A DNA stretch of 64,000 bases, taken from the NCBI GenBank assembly GCA_965261595.1, contig CBDHDG010000003.1, positions 192,001-256,000 of the forward strand, written 5' to 3'. The DNA is from a bacterium. GTDB taxonomy: Bacteria; UBA8248; JACPRG01; G963555815. How positions within the stretch are numbered: the first letter of the stretch is position 1; every line of letters starts with the position of its first letter. Below are positions 9,616 to 19,509 of this stretch, in pieces. Under the pieces are notes generated by a model. The model searched no databases. It was given only the letters and a program-made list of their open reading frames with translations, and was not told the DNA's origin. A program made the translations under genes and the position numbers.

Positions 9616-11802
9616 TCAGGGTTCAATTCGGACGTTGAGATACGGGTCGACGGCCGCCCGCTGGCCGGGCTCGATGAGGACCGTCGTCCCCGCGTACTCC
9701 AAAACGGCCGGCCCCTGGATTTCCCGGCCGGGAGAAAGGTCCGCCCCCCGGTGGAACTTTGTCGGCAGCGTTCCGCCGGCCTCGTAGAAATAAACGTCTC
9801 GCGTCGCGTGCGGCTTCGCGCGTTTTCCCGCGGACTTCCGGCGGGGCCGGAGCCTCGGCTTCACCTTCCGGCCGATGGCCTCGATCCGAAACGTCGTCAC
9901 CTCCAGGCCGGCTTCGCGGTATTGGGATCCCCGGCCGTAGCGCGCCTCGTACTCCGCCTCGAACCGTTCGACGAGCAGATCGACCCGGGAGCGGGAGAAG
10001 CGTCCGTCCGGGGCCGGAACGGGGACCTCGTGCGTCTGGCGGCGGTAGCGCATGTGGACGTAGCGCTGGAACGCCATGTCCCGCTTCGCCACGCCGTTTC
10101 TCGCCAGGGCCGTTCGGCCTTGCTCCTCCAGCGTCTTGAATACGCTCTCGATCTCACGCGCTTCCAGGTGGTCGGAGGCGGTGCCGGAGAGGGGGGGCGT
10201 CCGCATGAGTCGGGAGAGAACAAAAGAGTATTGGATGTCCGAGGCCACCGCGCCGAAGGCCGAGTGCGAGCCCGCGGTGAGCGGGATGACGATCCGCGAC
10301 AGGCGCAGCTCCTTTCCAAAAGAGGCGCAGTGCATCGGCCCCGCCCCCCCGTAGGCGTACAACACGAAGTCCTGCGGATCATATCCCCGCTCCAGGGTGA
10401 CGCGGCGGATCAAATCGGCCATGCGCTGATCGATGATTTGGCGGATCCCCGCCGCCGCCTCGAGGACCGGGATGTCCAGGGGCTTCGCCACCCGCGCCTC
10501 GATGGCCCGGCGCGCCCGTTCCGGGTCCAGGTGAATCCGGCCCCCCAGGAAAAAGGCGGGATCGATGATCCCGAGGACCACGTCGGCGTCGGTGACCGTG
10601 GGCTCCGTCCCGCCCCGGCCGTAGCAGACGGGTCCGGGCGCCGCGCCCGCGCTGTCGGGGCCGACCGTGAGATTGCCGTCCTCCACGCGGGCGATGCTTC
10701 CGCCGCCGGCCCCGATGGTCTCGATGGCCATCATCGGGACGAGGGTGTGATATTTATCGTGGACGGCCCCTTCCGCCTTCAAGGGCCGGCCGCCGACGAT
10801 CAGGCCCACATCAAAGCTTGTTCCGCCCATGTCGGCCGTGATGATGTCATCGTGACCCAGGGTTTCCCCCAGCGTCCGGCAGCCGATGACCCCGCCGGCG
10901 GGACCGGACATGAGGAGGGTGAGGGCGTTGTCGGAGGCTTCCCCGGCCGAGATCACCCCGCCGGCGGAGTGCAGAATCAGGGGGGAGGTCCCGAGGCCGG
11001 CCTCTTTCAATCTCGTCTCCAGCCCCCGGAAATAGTCCCGGACGATGGGCCCCAGGTATCCGTTGAGGACCGTCGATGCCGTCCGCTCATACTCGCCGAG
11101 GATGGGAAAGTGGTCGCTGGATGTCGTGACGTAGACCCCGCGGGCTTCCGCCAGGCCCCGGACCGCCCGCTCGTGGACCGGGTTGAGAAATGACCAGAGG
11201 AAGCAGACGGCGATGGCGTCCGCGCCCGCTTCGATGAGCCCCGCGACCGCCTCCTCGGCTTCATTCCGGTTCAGCGCGACGACGACCTCGCCCTTGTAAT
11301 CGACGCGCTCGCTCACCTCGCGGATGAGGGCCGGCGGGACGAGAGGGTCCGGGTAGGCCCGCAGCGTGTAATCGGCCAGCTCCTCTTCGGTCAGCCCCGC
11401 CGTCATGCCCAGTGAGCGTTGGATGAGGAGGGTGTCCTTGAAGCCGCGGGTGGTGATGAGACCCAGGCGGGCGCCCCGGCGTTGAAGGAGGGCGTTGGTC
11501 GCAATCGTGGTGCCGTGACCGAAATAGACCGTCTTTTCCAGAAAATTCCGCGCGCTTTCCCCGTGGTCCGCCGCCGCCAGCGCGATCCCTTCCAGGACCC
11601 CGCCGAGCAGGTCATCGAGTGTGGAGGGGGTCTTGTAGGTGGAGACCCGGCCCCGTTCGTCGAGGAGGCAAATGTCTGTGAAGGTGCCTCCGATGTCTAC
11701 GCCCAGCAGGAGGCTTCCGGCCTTTCCGGCGCGGCCTTTCCCGGGGCGGCGTCCGGCGCCGTTGTCACGGATTCGGGTTTTCGAGGACCTTCCCTGTCTC
11801 AT
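9616..11802 (-). CDS. Hydantoinase A/oxoprolinase family ATP-binding subunit
   Basis: GVDIGGTFTD, HGTTIATNA, SGPAGG, DMGGTSFDV, IGAGGGSIA, GPDSAGAAPGPVCYG and YGGAGPMH motifs. Confidence 0.93.
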   Translation of the reverse strand: MRQGRSSKTRIRDNGAGRRPGKGRAGKAGSLLLGVDIGGTFTDICLLDERGRVSTYKTPSTLDDLLGGVLEGIALAAADHGESARNFLEKTVYFGHGTTIATNALLQRRGARLGLITTRGFKDTLLIQRSLGMTAGLTEEELADYTLRAYPDPLVPPALIREVSERVDYKGEVVVALNRNEAEEAVAGLIEAGADAIAVCFLWSFLNPVHERAVRGLAEARGVYVTTSSDHFPILGEYERTASTVLNGYLGPIVRDYFRGLETRLKEAGLGTSPLILHSAGGVISAGEASDNALTLLMSGPAGGVIGCRTLGETLGHDDIITADMGGTSFDVGLIVGGRPLKAEGAVHDKYHTLVPMMAIETIGAGGGSIARVEDGNLTVGPDSAGAAPGPVCYGRGGTEPTVTDADVVLGIIDPAFFLGGRIHLDPERARRAIEARVAKPLDIPVLEAAAGIRQIIDQRMADLIRRVTLERGYDPQDFVLYAYGGAGPMHCASFGKELRLSRIVIPLTAGSHSAFGAVASDIQYSFVLSRLMRTPPLSGTASDHLEAREIESVFKTLEEQGRTALARNGVAKRDMAFQRYVHMRYRRQTHEVPVPAPDGRFSRSRVDLLVERFEAEYEARYGRGSQYREAGLEVTTFRIEAIGRKVKPRLRPRRKSAGKRAKPHATRDVYFYEAGGTLPTKFHRGADLSPGREIQGPAVLEYAGTTVLIEPGQRAAVDPYLNVRIEP

Positions 11803-11887
11803 CGGAAACTGCCTTCATCAGGGGGTGAGGATATTCCGGGCCAAGCTCATTGGTTCCATTTTCGGTTGACAAAGATCGTTCGGTGGC

Positions 11888-13045
11888 ATGAAAATCGACA
11901 AATCAACGATGGAAAGTTCCCCGAACGTGCGCGCCGTCCTGGAGCGGCGCCTTGAACGAGTTTGGAGTGCGTGCAAAATGTATGAGCTCCTTGACCTGAT
12001 GCCGGGCGCGCGAAACTGTGTGCGAGATTACGCGTTTATCGAGCGGGGGCACAAGGTCCTCATCTGGACCGACCGGACGGGAGAGGTGGATGACCGGGTC
12101 GTCCAGGCCATCGCGATGGCCTGTGAAGAGGTCGGGGCGGAGACGCATCTGCTTTCCTCTCACGCCGGGATCAACCGCCTGCGCGAACCCATCTCTCCGC
12201 TGGTGCTGTCGGCCATGGAATCGGCGGACGTGCTCATCACGGCCTTGGCGCTTGATAACGCCGCCATTGTGGACAATCTTCATTTCTCGTATTTTCTCAA
12301 ACGGACCGGCAAGCGATGTGTCTCCCTGATCTGCCCCACGCCGGCCCTGCTGGCCTCCGCTTGGGCCCGCTTTCCCGGAGAGCTTGTCTGGGCGATTTAC
12401 GAGAAGACCGCCGAGCGGGCCAGGCGGGGGAAGGATGACATGTTTCATCTGACCCACCCCAACGGGACCGACCTCCGGGGGAGGCTGCCCTTTGTGATGG
12501 GTTTTTCCGAGAAACAGGCGCCCCGGGGATGGATGTTTTTCCCGGCCGGGGACATGGCCGAGCATCCGGAATCCCCCGTGAACGGGACCGTGGTGTTCGA
12601 GCACATCGAGGGGTACGCGGGACGGCTGCGCGAACCCCTCCGGCTCACAGTCGAGGATCACTGGGTGACCCGCGTCGAGGGCGGGGACGAGGCCCGGTGG
12701 CTCGATGACCTCATGAACCGCTACGAGAAGGGGAGGTATTTCTCGGAGATCGCCATCGGGACGCATCCGAAGGCGCCCGTGGCGGAAGGGCTCCAGTGCC
12801 GCGCGCCCGACACCATCTTGTTCCGTCACGCGGGAAGCTTTCACGCCGCCGTGGGGCACTGGCCCTGGTTGCCCGAGGCGGACAGCCGCCTTCACTGGGA
12901 CGGCGGCGGAATGAAGCCCTCGTTCAGCGTCGGCGGCGAGGCCCTTATCGATTCGGGCCGGCTCCTGACGTTGGAAGATCCGGCCATCGTAGAGCTGGCC
13001 TCCAAGTTCGGCGATCCGGCCGAGCTTCTTTCAGAGGTGTGGTAG
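11888..13045 (+). CDS. Thermophilic metalloprotease (M29)-like / NicX-like metalloenzyme
   Basis: HPNGTDLRG, FFPAGD, NGTVVF, EIAIGTHPKA, HAGSFHAAVG and HWDG motifs typical of the M29/NicX fold; start uncertain. Confidence 0.6.
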   Translation: MKIDKSTMESSPNVRAVLERRLERVWSACKMYELLDLMPGARNCVRDYAFIERGHKVLIWTDRTGEVDDRVVQAIAMACEEVGAETHLLSSHAGINRLREPISPLVLSAMESADVLITALALDNAAIVDNLHFSYFLKRTGKRCVSLICPTPALLASAWARFPGELVWAIYEKTAERARRGKDDMFHLTHPNGTDLRGRLPFVMGFSEKQAPRGWMFFPAGDMAEHPESPVNGTVVFEHIEGYAGRLREPLRLTVEDHWVTRVEGGDEARWLDDLMNRYEKGRYFSEIAIGTHPKAPVAEGLQCRAPDTILFRHAGSFHAAVGHWPWLPEADSRLHWDGGGMKPSFSVGGEALIDSGRLLTLEDPAIVELASKFGDPAELLSEVW

Positions 13046-13130
13046 TGGACGTATCTGTTTGGTCGGGCGGTCCGGACAGTCGGGCTGGCTGAAGGTGTTT
13101 TCAACCGGGATCGTAAAGGAGCGTAGACCC

Positions 13131-14114
13131 ATGAGAAGACTCACCACCGGGATTTTGGCGTTGGCAGCGACGTTTCTGCTCGGGTTCGGCGGAACCGCGG
13201 GATGGGCGGCGGAGGAAATAACCGCCGTGGCGAACCCCTCTTTGACCCAGACCGCGTTTCACAACTTGCCCCGTTTCGCGGCCAAGCATGGGGTCAAGCT
13301 CAAGATTCGGCGCATGGGCTCTTACACCCAGATGCAACAGGCGGTCGAGACGGCCGCGGCGGATCTGGCCGCCATCGGTTATGTGAACCTGGTCCACATG
13401 GCCGCCGCGGGCGGCGCCCCCAAGGCCCAGGCGGTGAGCGGCATCTTCGTCGGCGGCCAGAATGTGGTCTTTCGCAAGGGTGTGAAGATCACCAAGTGGA
13501 AGGACGTCGAGGGGAAGACCATCGGCCGCATCCCCGGCTCGTACGCGGAATTCCTGTTCAGGGTCGCGGTGAAGCACAACGGCGCGGATCTGTCGAAGGT
13601 GAAGTTCAAGGACTTCGGATTTTCTTACGCGACGATGAACCTCGCCCTGAAGAAAAAGGTCGTGGACGCCCTGATCATCTGGTCGCCCGGCATGGACATG
13701 CCGGTGGTCGAGGGACACGGTTATTTCCCGCCCATCAGCGTTGAGGACACGCCGGTGGGGAACGTGAACGGGCTGATGGCGATGAACACCGCCTTCATGA
13801 AGAAGAACCCGGGCATCGCGAACAAGATCGTAAAGGCTTTTACGGAGTCCACGCGGTATTACGCCTCGAACCCGAAGGCGATGATCCAGGGCGCCCGCGA
13901 CCTCACGGGCGCAAGCATGGAAATCCTCGAGGAAGGCATGAAGCATGCCAGCCTGGAGAACAGGATGTTCGTGAAAAGCGCGAAGACCCTTGCCAACCTC
14001 GCGTTCGAGGGCGGGATCGTCAAGAAAAACGCCGCAAGCGCCGTTGGCGGATGGATGAATTATCAGTTTCTGATGAATGCGACGGGAAAGAGCAAGGCAG
14101 ACCTGGGCGGCTGA
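13131..14114 (+). CDS. ABC transporter substrate-binding protein (NitT/TauT/SsuA-like)
   Basis: Signal peptide; ITKWKDVEGKTIG and VDALIIWSP motifs; RBS AAGGAG upstream. Confidence 0.82.
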   Translation: MRRLTTGILALAATFLLGFGGTAGWAAEEITAVANPSLTQTAFHNLPRFAAKHGVKLKIRRMGSYTQMQQAVETAAADLAAIGYVNLVHMAAAGGAPKAQAVSGIFVGGQNVVFRKGVKITKWKDVEGKTIGRIPGSYAEFLFRVAVKHNGADLSKVKFKDFGFSYATMNLALKKKVVDALIIWSPGMDMPVVEGHGYFPPISVEDTPVGNVNGLMAMNTAFMKKNPGIANKIVKAFTESTRYYASNPKAMIQGARDLTGASMEILEEGMKHASLENRMFVKSAKTLANLAFEGGIVKKNAASAVGGWMNYQFLMNATGKSKADLGG

Positions 14115-14462
14115 GAAAGAGGCCTGGGAGCTCCGGCGCGCGCCTCGTTGCGCCGGCGCCGGAGTTTCCCCGCTCTCCCGTTTCATGAGGTGGAAGGCCT
14201 AGGCGAGGTGGTCTCGGCTTTCGCGTGAATGGCGGCCCGGCTCGAAGACCGGCGAAGCGGCGGTCCTTGACAGGTGCAAAATTCAAAGGCGGATGGTATA
14301 AAGGAGCCGCAGACAGCCATTCAAAGGGTAAGGGGCTTCTCTTGCGACTGCGGTAAGGGGTCCTCTTTCGAGGAGTTTCCCGATTTGCCGAAGCCGGAGC
14401 GAGCGGGGTCTGTCTCGCCGTGATTGGATGACGGCGCGTCCAACCTGAAGGGAGAGAGAACG

Positions 14463-15482
14463 GTGAAAGCTCGAAAAGCGTTTTATGGGTTGTGCGGCGT
14501 CCTAATGGCGGCCTGGATGGCCGGTGCGGGCGTCCCTGATGCCCTGGCCGCCAAGACGGTGAAGGCCGGGCTGTTTCCCTTCGGTCCGGGCCGGATGGTC
14601 GATCAATACATTATGGACAACGGAATTCACAAAAAGTGGGGCGCGAAGGTCGGTGTGCAGTTCAAGATCACACACCCCCGGGACGATTTCGCGGCTTTCA
14701 TGGGCAAGTCCGTCGATATCGTCAGTCTCAGCACCTTGGAAATCTCCCGGCTGGTCGGTGACGAAGGCCACGACATCGTGATGTACGGCAAGCAGGTGGA
14801 CGCCTTCATAGACATGTACGTCCGCACGGGTTCCTCGTACAGGAGCCCGGCCGATCTCAAAGGCAAGAAGATTGTCCATCCCGGGTGGGACACCGGCACC
14901 GCGCAGATGGCCACCGTTCTGCTCAAGGAGTGGTACGGGCTGGACATGAAGAAGGATTTCAGGGTGGTGACCGCCCCCTGGCCCGTGGGCCCTCAACTCC
15001 TCGCCAAAGGGGACGTGGAGATGTCCTTGAACCTGATCCCCCTTTCGATGAAGCTGTGGAGGAGCGGCAAGATCCGTCCGGTCCTGGCCACGTACGCCAC
15101 CGAGTGGGCCAAGAGGCGGGGCACGAAGCATCACCTCGCCATCTCCGCCTTCACGGGCTGGGGGAAATGGGTGAGAGGGAATCAGCGGGTCGCCAGGGCG
15201 TGGCTCGGGGCGTATTCCGAGGGGATGAAGTACGCCCACGAGAATCTCCTGCCCTGGGCGAGGAAGTACAGGGACTTCATCACGAAGAACGCCACGGACG
15301 CCCAGGTCGAATGGTTCGCGAAGTGGATGGGCAAGTACGGGTCGGTCTACAAGGACGCCCATATCGACCAGACGTACGTCGAGGAAGAACTGGCCTTTTT
15401 GAAAATGGCCCTCAAGGCCGGTTTCGTGAAGCCCGCCGGACTGAACAGGAAAATGTGGATGATACTCAAACCGCTGATGTAA
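14463..15482 (+). CDS. ABC transporter substrate-binding protein (NitT/TauT-like)
   Basis: Signal peptide ending ALA-A; SPADLKGKKI and LLAKGDVE motifs. Confidence 0.78.
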   Translation: MKARKAFYGLCGVLMAAWMAGAGVPDALAAKTVKAGLFPFGPGRMVDQYIMDNGIHKKWGAKVGVQFKITHPRDDFAAFMGKSVDIVSLSTLEISRLVGDEGHDIVMYGKQVDAFIDMYVRTGSSYRSPADLKGKKIVHPGWDTGTAQMATVLLKEWYGLDMKKDFRVVTAPWPVGPQLLAKGDVEMSLNLIPLSMKLWRSGKIRPVLATYATEWAKRRGTKHHLAISAFTGWGKWVRGNQRVARAWLGAYSEGMKYAHENLLPWARKYRDFITKNATDAQVEWFAKWMGKYGSVYKDAHIDQTYVEEELAFLKMALKAGFVKPAGLNRKMWMILKPLM

Positions 15483-15601
15483 CTGAGGATTGAAGCCGGC
15501 CTCGCCGAAGTGGGGCGGCCTCGATCAGCGGGGTGATATTCTGTGCTTTGCAAGGCCCGGGGAAACCCTTCTCCCCGGGCCTTGAATTTTGTGAGTCGGC
15601 C

Positions 15602-17371
15602 ATGATCAATCAGACGAATCGCTCCCGGCGCCGGACCGCGCGGCCTACCGGTTCCGCACCGAATTCGGCCGACCGCGTCGTGCGGAACTGCCGGCTTGTC
15701 AACGTCCTGACCCGGGAGATCCACCCGGCGGACATCGAGATTTCCGGATCGCGGATCCGGAGGATCGTCGGCCCGAATGAGGGCCGCGGGCGAAAGGCCC
15801 TGGATGCCGCGGGGGCCTTTGCCGTGCCCGGCCTGATGGACGCGCACCTCCACACCGAGGCGACCCTCCTCACATTGGGGCGCTTCGCCGAGGCCGTTCT
15901 GCCCGGCGGGACCACCTCTTTCTTCATCAATCCCCACGAAATCGCCAACGTCCTGGGCCTGAAAGGCATTCAGTGGATGCTCCGGGACGCGGCGGGACTC
16001 CCCATCCGGATCTACCTGATCGCGCCCTGCAAGGTGCCCACGGCGCCGGGGCTGGAAACCTCCGGCGCCGAATTCAAACGGCTGCAAGTGCGGGAGATGG
16101 CCGAATGGCCGGGTGTTGTCGCCTTCGGCGAGTTCAACGGGGACCGGCTCCTGGCCGGCGACGCCCGGCAGCGGGAGATCCTTCAGTGGGTGCGGCCGGC
16201 CGGGAAGATCCTCGCCGGCCACGCGCCCGGCGTGCTGGGGGAGGACGTGGGGCGGCTATGGGAAATGGGCATCCGGGACGACCATGAGAGCACGACGTTC
16301 GAGGAGGTCCGCGACCGTCTGCGCCAGGGCATGACGGTCTTTCTCCGCGAAGGCTCGACCGAGCGTAGCATCGGGGAGATCCTGCCTGAAATTCTGAAGG
16401 AGGGCATCTCCACCGACCGGCTCTGCTTCTGCACGGACGACAAGCATCCGGACGATCTGCTCGCCGAGGGAGACATCGACCATCACGTCCGCGAGGCCAT
16501 CCGCCTGGGGATGGACCCCATCGACGCCTTGCGATGCGCCACCTGGAATTGCGCGCTTCACTACGGCCTCGAAGGGGACCTGGGCGCCCTGACCCCCGGA
16601 CGCCTGGCCGACATCGTCCTGGTGGGGAGCCTGAGGCGGTTCGACGTGCGGGCGGTTCTGGTCGATGGACAACCGGTCTTTTGGGACGGACGCCCGGTTC
16701 GCCGCCCCCGGGAGAAGGAGGTCCCGGAGTGGGTGCGGCGGACCGTGAAACTCCCGAATCGAATCAAGCCGAAGACCCTCGTCATCAAGGCCCCCATCAT
16801 GCATGGGAAGCTGAAGGCCCGGGTGATCGAGGTTCATCCTCGCCTCCCCACGACCCGGATGAGGGTGCTCGACGCGCCGGTTTTTGGAGGGGAGGTCCTC
16901 TCGAACGTGAGCCGGGATGTGTTGAAGATCGTGTGCGTGGATCGCCACAGCGGGCTGGGGAAGGCGGGGGCCGCGCTGGTCAAGGGGTTCGGCCTGCGGG
17001 AGGGGGCCTTGGGTTCCTCGGTTGCGCACGATCACCACAATCTGGTCGTCGTGGGGGCTTCGGACGATGAGATTCTGACGGCGTTGCTTCACCTTCGGCG
17101 GATGCGGGGCGGCCTGGTGGTTGTGAGAGGGAAAAAGGCCCTGGCGCGGCTGCCTCTGCCCATCGCGGGCCTCCTGTCCGTGTGTCCGGTCCGTGAGGTG
17201 GTGAAGGGGTTGCGCGATCTCAAGGTCTCCGCCCGGGCCTTGGGCTGCCCGCTTCCCAATCCTTTCATGACGTTGTCGTTCGTCTCGCTCCCGACGATTC
17301 CGGAGTGCGGGCTGAGCGATCACGGCCTCGTGGACGTGCGCGCCCACGAGATTGTTCCCGTTCCGGTGTAG
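15602..17371 (+). CDS. ade: Adenine deaminase
   Basis: PGLMDAHLHTE, NPHEIANVLG, DDHES, LREGS, CTDDKHPDD, SSVAHDHHN and PFMTLSFVSLP motifs. Confidence 0.85.
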   Translation: MINQTNRSRRRTARPTGSAPNSADRVVRNCRLVNVLTREIHPADIEISGSRIRRIVGPNEGRGRKALDAAGAFAVPGLMDAHLHTEATLLTLGRFAEAVLPGGTTSFFINPHEIANVLGLKGIQWMLRDAAGLPIRIYLIAPCKVPTAPGLETSGAEFKRLQVREMAEWPGVVAFGEFNGDRLLAGDARQREILQWVRPAGKILAGHAPGVLGEDVGRLWEMGIRDDHESTTFEEVRDRLRQGMTVFLREGSTERSIGEILPEILKEGISTDRLCFCTDDKHPDDLLAEGDIDHHVREAIRLGMDPIDALRCATWNCALHYGLEGDLGALTPGRLADIVLVGSLRRFDVRAVLVDGQPVFWDGRPVRRPREKEVPEWVRRTVKLPNRIKPKTLVIKAPIMHGKLKARVIEVHPRLPTTRMRVLDAPVFGGEVLSNVSRDVLKIVCVDRHSGLGKAGAALVKGFGLREGALGSSVAHDHHNLVVVGASDDEILTALLHLRRMRGGLVVVRGKKALARLPLPIAGLLSVCPVREVVKGLRDLKVSARALGCPLPNPFMTLSFVSLPTIPECGLSDHGLVDVRAHEIVPVPV

Positions 17372-17472
17372 CGTCTCTCCTCCCGCCTTCCACCCGCTTT
17401 CCGCGGCGGATGAATTGCCCTGGGTCTCTCGGGAAGGCCTGTCCGGACCGGCTCTTCAGGATGCCGATACGC

Positions 17473-18369
17473 ATGGATTCTCTCCTCACCGCTCAAATTT
17501 TCGCGGTCCTTTCCGCACTCGCGTTTTCCACCGGGAGCTTGACCAGCCGGTACGGTTTGCGCACCTCGACGCCCCTGGCGAGCACGCTGATCTTGGGGTT
17601 GGTCACGTTGGCGATTTACGGGCCCATCGCCCTCGCCACGTCTCCCTTATCGGAGTACGAGGTGAGAGGCCTGCTGATTCTCGCGGCCGCGGGCGCCTCA
17701 TCGCCGGGGCTGGCCAGGACTTTGCTCAACATGTCCATTCAAAGGGTCTGCCTGGCCCGGTCGGTGACGATCATCAACGTCGCGCCCCTGGTGACGGTCG
17801 TCCTGGCGGTCGCCGCCCTGGGCGAGAGGCCTTCCCCCGGCGTGTACCTCGAGACGTTCCTCCTCGTGGTCGGTGTGATGCTGTTGACGCAGGAGCAGCG
17901 CGCCGCCTCCAAATCCGACAGCTCCGGGAAACCCCTCTGGTATTACTTTCTTTATGCGCTGCTTGCGGGTCTGGCGCTCGGGGTCGCCATCGTCATTCGA
18001 AAAATTGGAATCTCCATCATTCCCAGTCTCAGCACGGGGCTCTCCATGGCGGCGCTCGGGACCCTCCTCGTTCTCTTTCTCTGGCAGCCCTTCCTGACGC
18101 CGGAAGAGCGGTTCAAATTCAGCCGGCGGGGGGTCGGGTGGTTTCTGGCGAGCGCGGTCTTTACAAGCTCGGCTCATCTTTTCTTCTTCGCCGCCCTGCA
18201 AAGGGGTCCGGTCACCATTGTGGCGCCCCTGTCGTCCACGGTGCCCCTGTTCACCCTGGGCTACTCCAGGCTGTTGTTGCGGGAAGTGGAGAGGCTGAGC
18301 TTCCGCTTGGTGGCCGGGGCGTTTCTCATCTGCGCCGGCGCGGCCTTGATTTCGATGTCCCGGGGCTGA
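17473..18369 (+). CDS. DMT/EamA family transporter (tandem copy 1)
   Basis: About 300 aa, highly hydrophobic, two EamA repeats (LGERPS...; LQRGPVTIVAPL...LREVE). Confidence 0.88.
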   Translation: MDSLLTAQIFAVLSALAFSTGSLTSRYGLRTSTPLASTLILGLVTLAIYGPIALATSPLSEYEVRGLLILAAAGASSPGLARTLLNMSIQRVCLARSVTIINVAPLVTVVLAVAALGERPSPGVYLETFLLVVGVMLLTQEQRAASKSDSSGKPLWYYFLYALLAGLALGVAIVIRKIGISIIPSLSTGLSMAALGTLLVLFLWQPFLTPEERFKFSRRGVGWFLASAVFTSSAHLFFFAALQRGPVTIVAPLSSTVPLFTLGYSRLLLREVERLSFRLVAGAFLICAGAALISMSRG

Positions 18370-18555
18370 GTCCGCGAAGGGGAAGGGGGGAGGGGGGGGA
18401 TGCGGGAGGACGCCCTTTCAGGATGTCTCGGCGCGGCCGGGAATTCGGGCCTGTTTGCAAAGGGGCGGTCTGGTCCGTAAATAGCGCGCCGCCGAGTCTT
18501 CGGCGGGCCTCGGCCCGGAACGGGTGAGGTTGCAACCTTGTTTCTCCCATGAGGC

Positions 18556-19458
18556 ATGTGGATGTCCGATCTGGCGTTGGCCCAATTCCTCGCCGTCCTC
18601 ACCGCTTTCGGGTTTGCCTCGGGAGATACGTGCGCCCGTTTCGCGCTGCGCACGTCCACACCCATCACGGCGACCTTGATTGTTTCGTGCATCACCCTGG
18701 CGATGTACGGGCCATTCGCTCTGACCCCTTCTTCCCTGAGCAGTCTCAGCCTTTCGGGCGCGGTCGTTTTCTTGGTGGCGGGCGTTTCCGCGCCGGGCCT
18801 GGCCCGAACCTTTCTTTACATGAGTTTCAACCGCATCGGGATGTCCCGCTCGACGGCCTTCATCTCCATTTCCCCCCTGGTCACGGTCCTTTTGGCCATC
18901 GTGGCCCTGGGCGAGCGGCCCACGCCCTTGGTTTACCTGGGGACGTTTCTGATTGTCGGGGGTGTGCTGATCTTGACGCTCGAACAAAAGTCCGCCACCG
19001 AGGGTGAAGGGCGCGGGAAGACCGTTTGGCATTTTTTCGTCTACGCCCTGCTGGCGATGCTCACGCTCGGGATCGCCTCTTTTCTCCGGAAGGTGGGGGT
19101 CACACTCATCCACAGCCTCAGCGTGGGGTTGTGTCTGTCGGCCCTCGGCACGCTGGCCGTGACCGTCATCTGGAATTTTCTCCTGCCTTCGGGCGACCGC
19201 ATCCGGTTCACCCGGCAGAGCACTTTGCCCTTTCTCCTGAGCGGGACCTTCACGAGCCTCGCTCATCTCGCGTTTTTCTCCGCGCTTCAAAGGGCCTCCC
19301 TGTCCACCGTCGCGCCCCTGGTCTTTACGGTGCCCTTGTTCGTGCTGGGATTCTCCTGGCTGTTGTTTCGGGAGGTGGAGCGATTGAACGCCCGCCTTCT
19401 GTCGGGCGTGTTCCTGATCTGCGGCGGGGCCGTGTTGGTGACGATGGCGCGCGGGTGA
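18556..19458 (+). CDS. DMT/EamA family transporter (tandem copy 2)
   Basis: Paralogous to neighbours: PGLART, ALGERPT, LQRASLSTVAPL, FREVERL. Confidence 0.88.
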   Translation: MWMSDLALAQFLAVLTAFGFASGDTCARFALRTSTPITATLIVSCITLAMYGPFALTPSSLSSLSLSGAVVFLVAGVSAPGLARTFLYMSFNRIGMSRSTAFISISPLVTVLLAIVALGERPTPLVYLGTFLIVGGVLILTLEQKSATEGEGRGKTVWHFFVYALLAMLTLGIASFLRKVGVTLIHSLSVGLCLSALGTLAVTVIWNFLLPSGDRIRFTRQSTLPFLLSGTFTSLAHLAFFSALQRASLSTVAPLVFTVPLFVLGFSWLLFREVERLNARLLSGVFLICGGAVLVTMARG

Positions 19459-19509
19459 TCCGCCGGGCGGCCGGCCGGCCCGGACGCCGATATTCCTACA
19501 CGCCGGTGC

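Noticed and set aside
7169..9787. 872-aa plus-strand ORF and similar long antisense ORFs (e.g. 4072..6192, 41621..44131, 59783..61813)
   Set aside because: Shadow frames opposite well-supported genes in high-GC DNA; no recognisable motifs
14290..14420. Riboswitch (e.g. TPP or purine) upstream of a binding-protein gene
   Set aside because: Some pairing potential, but no recognisable conserved aptamer motif
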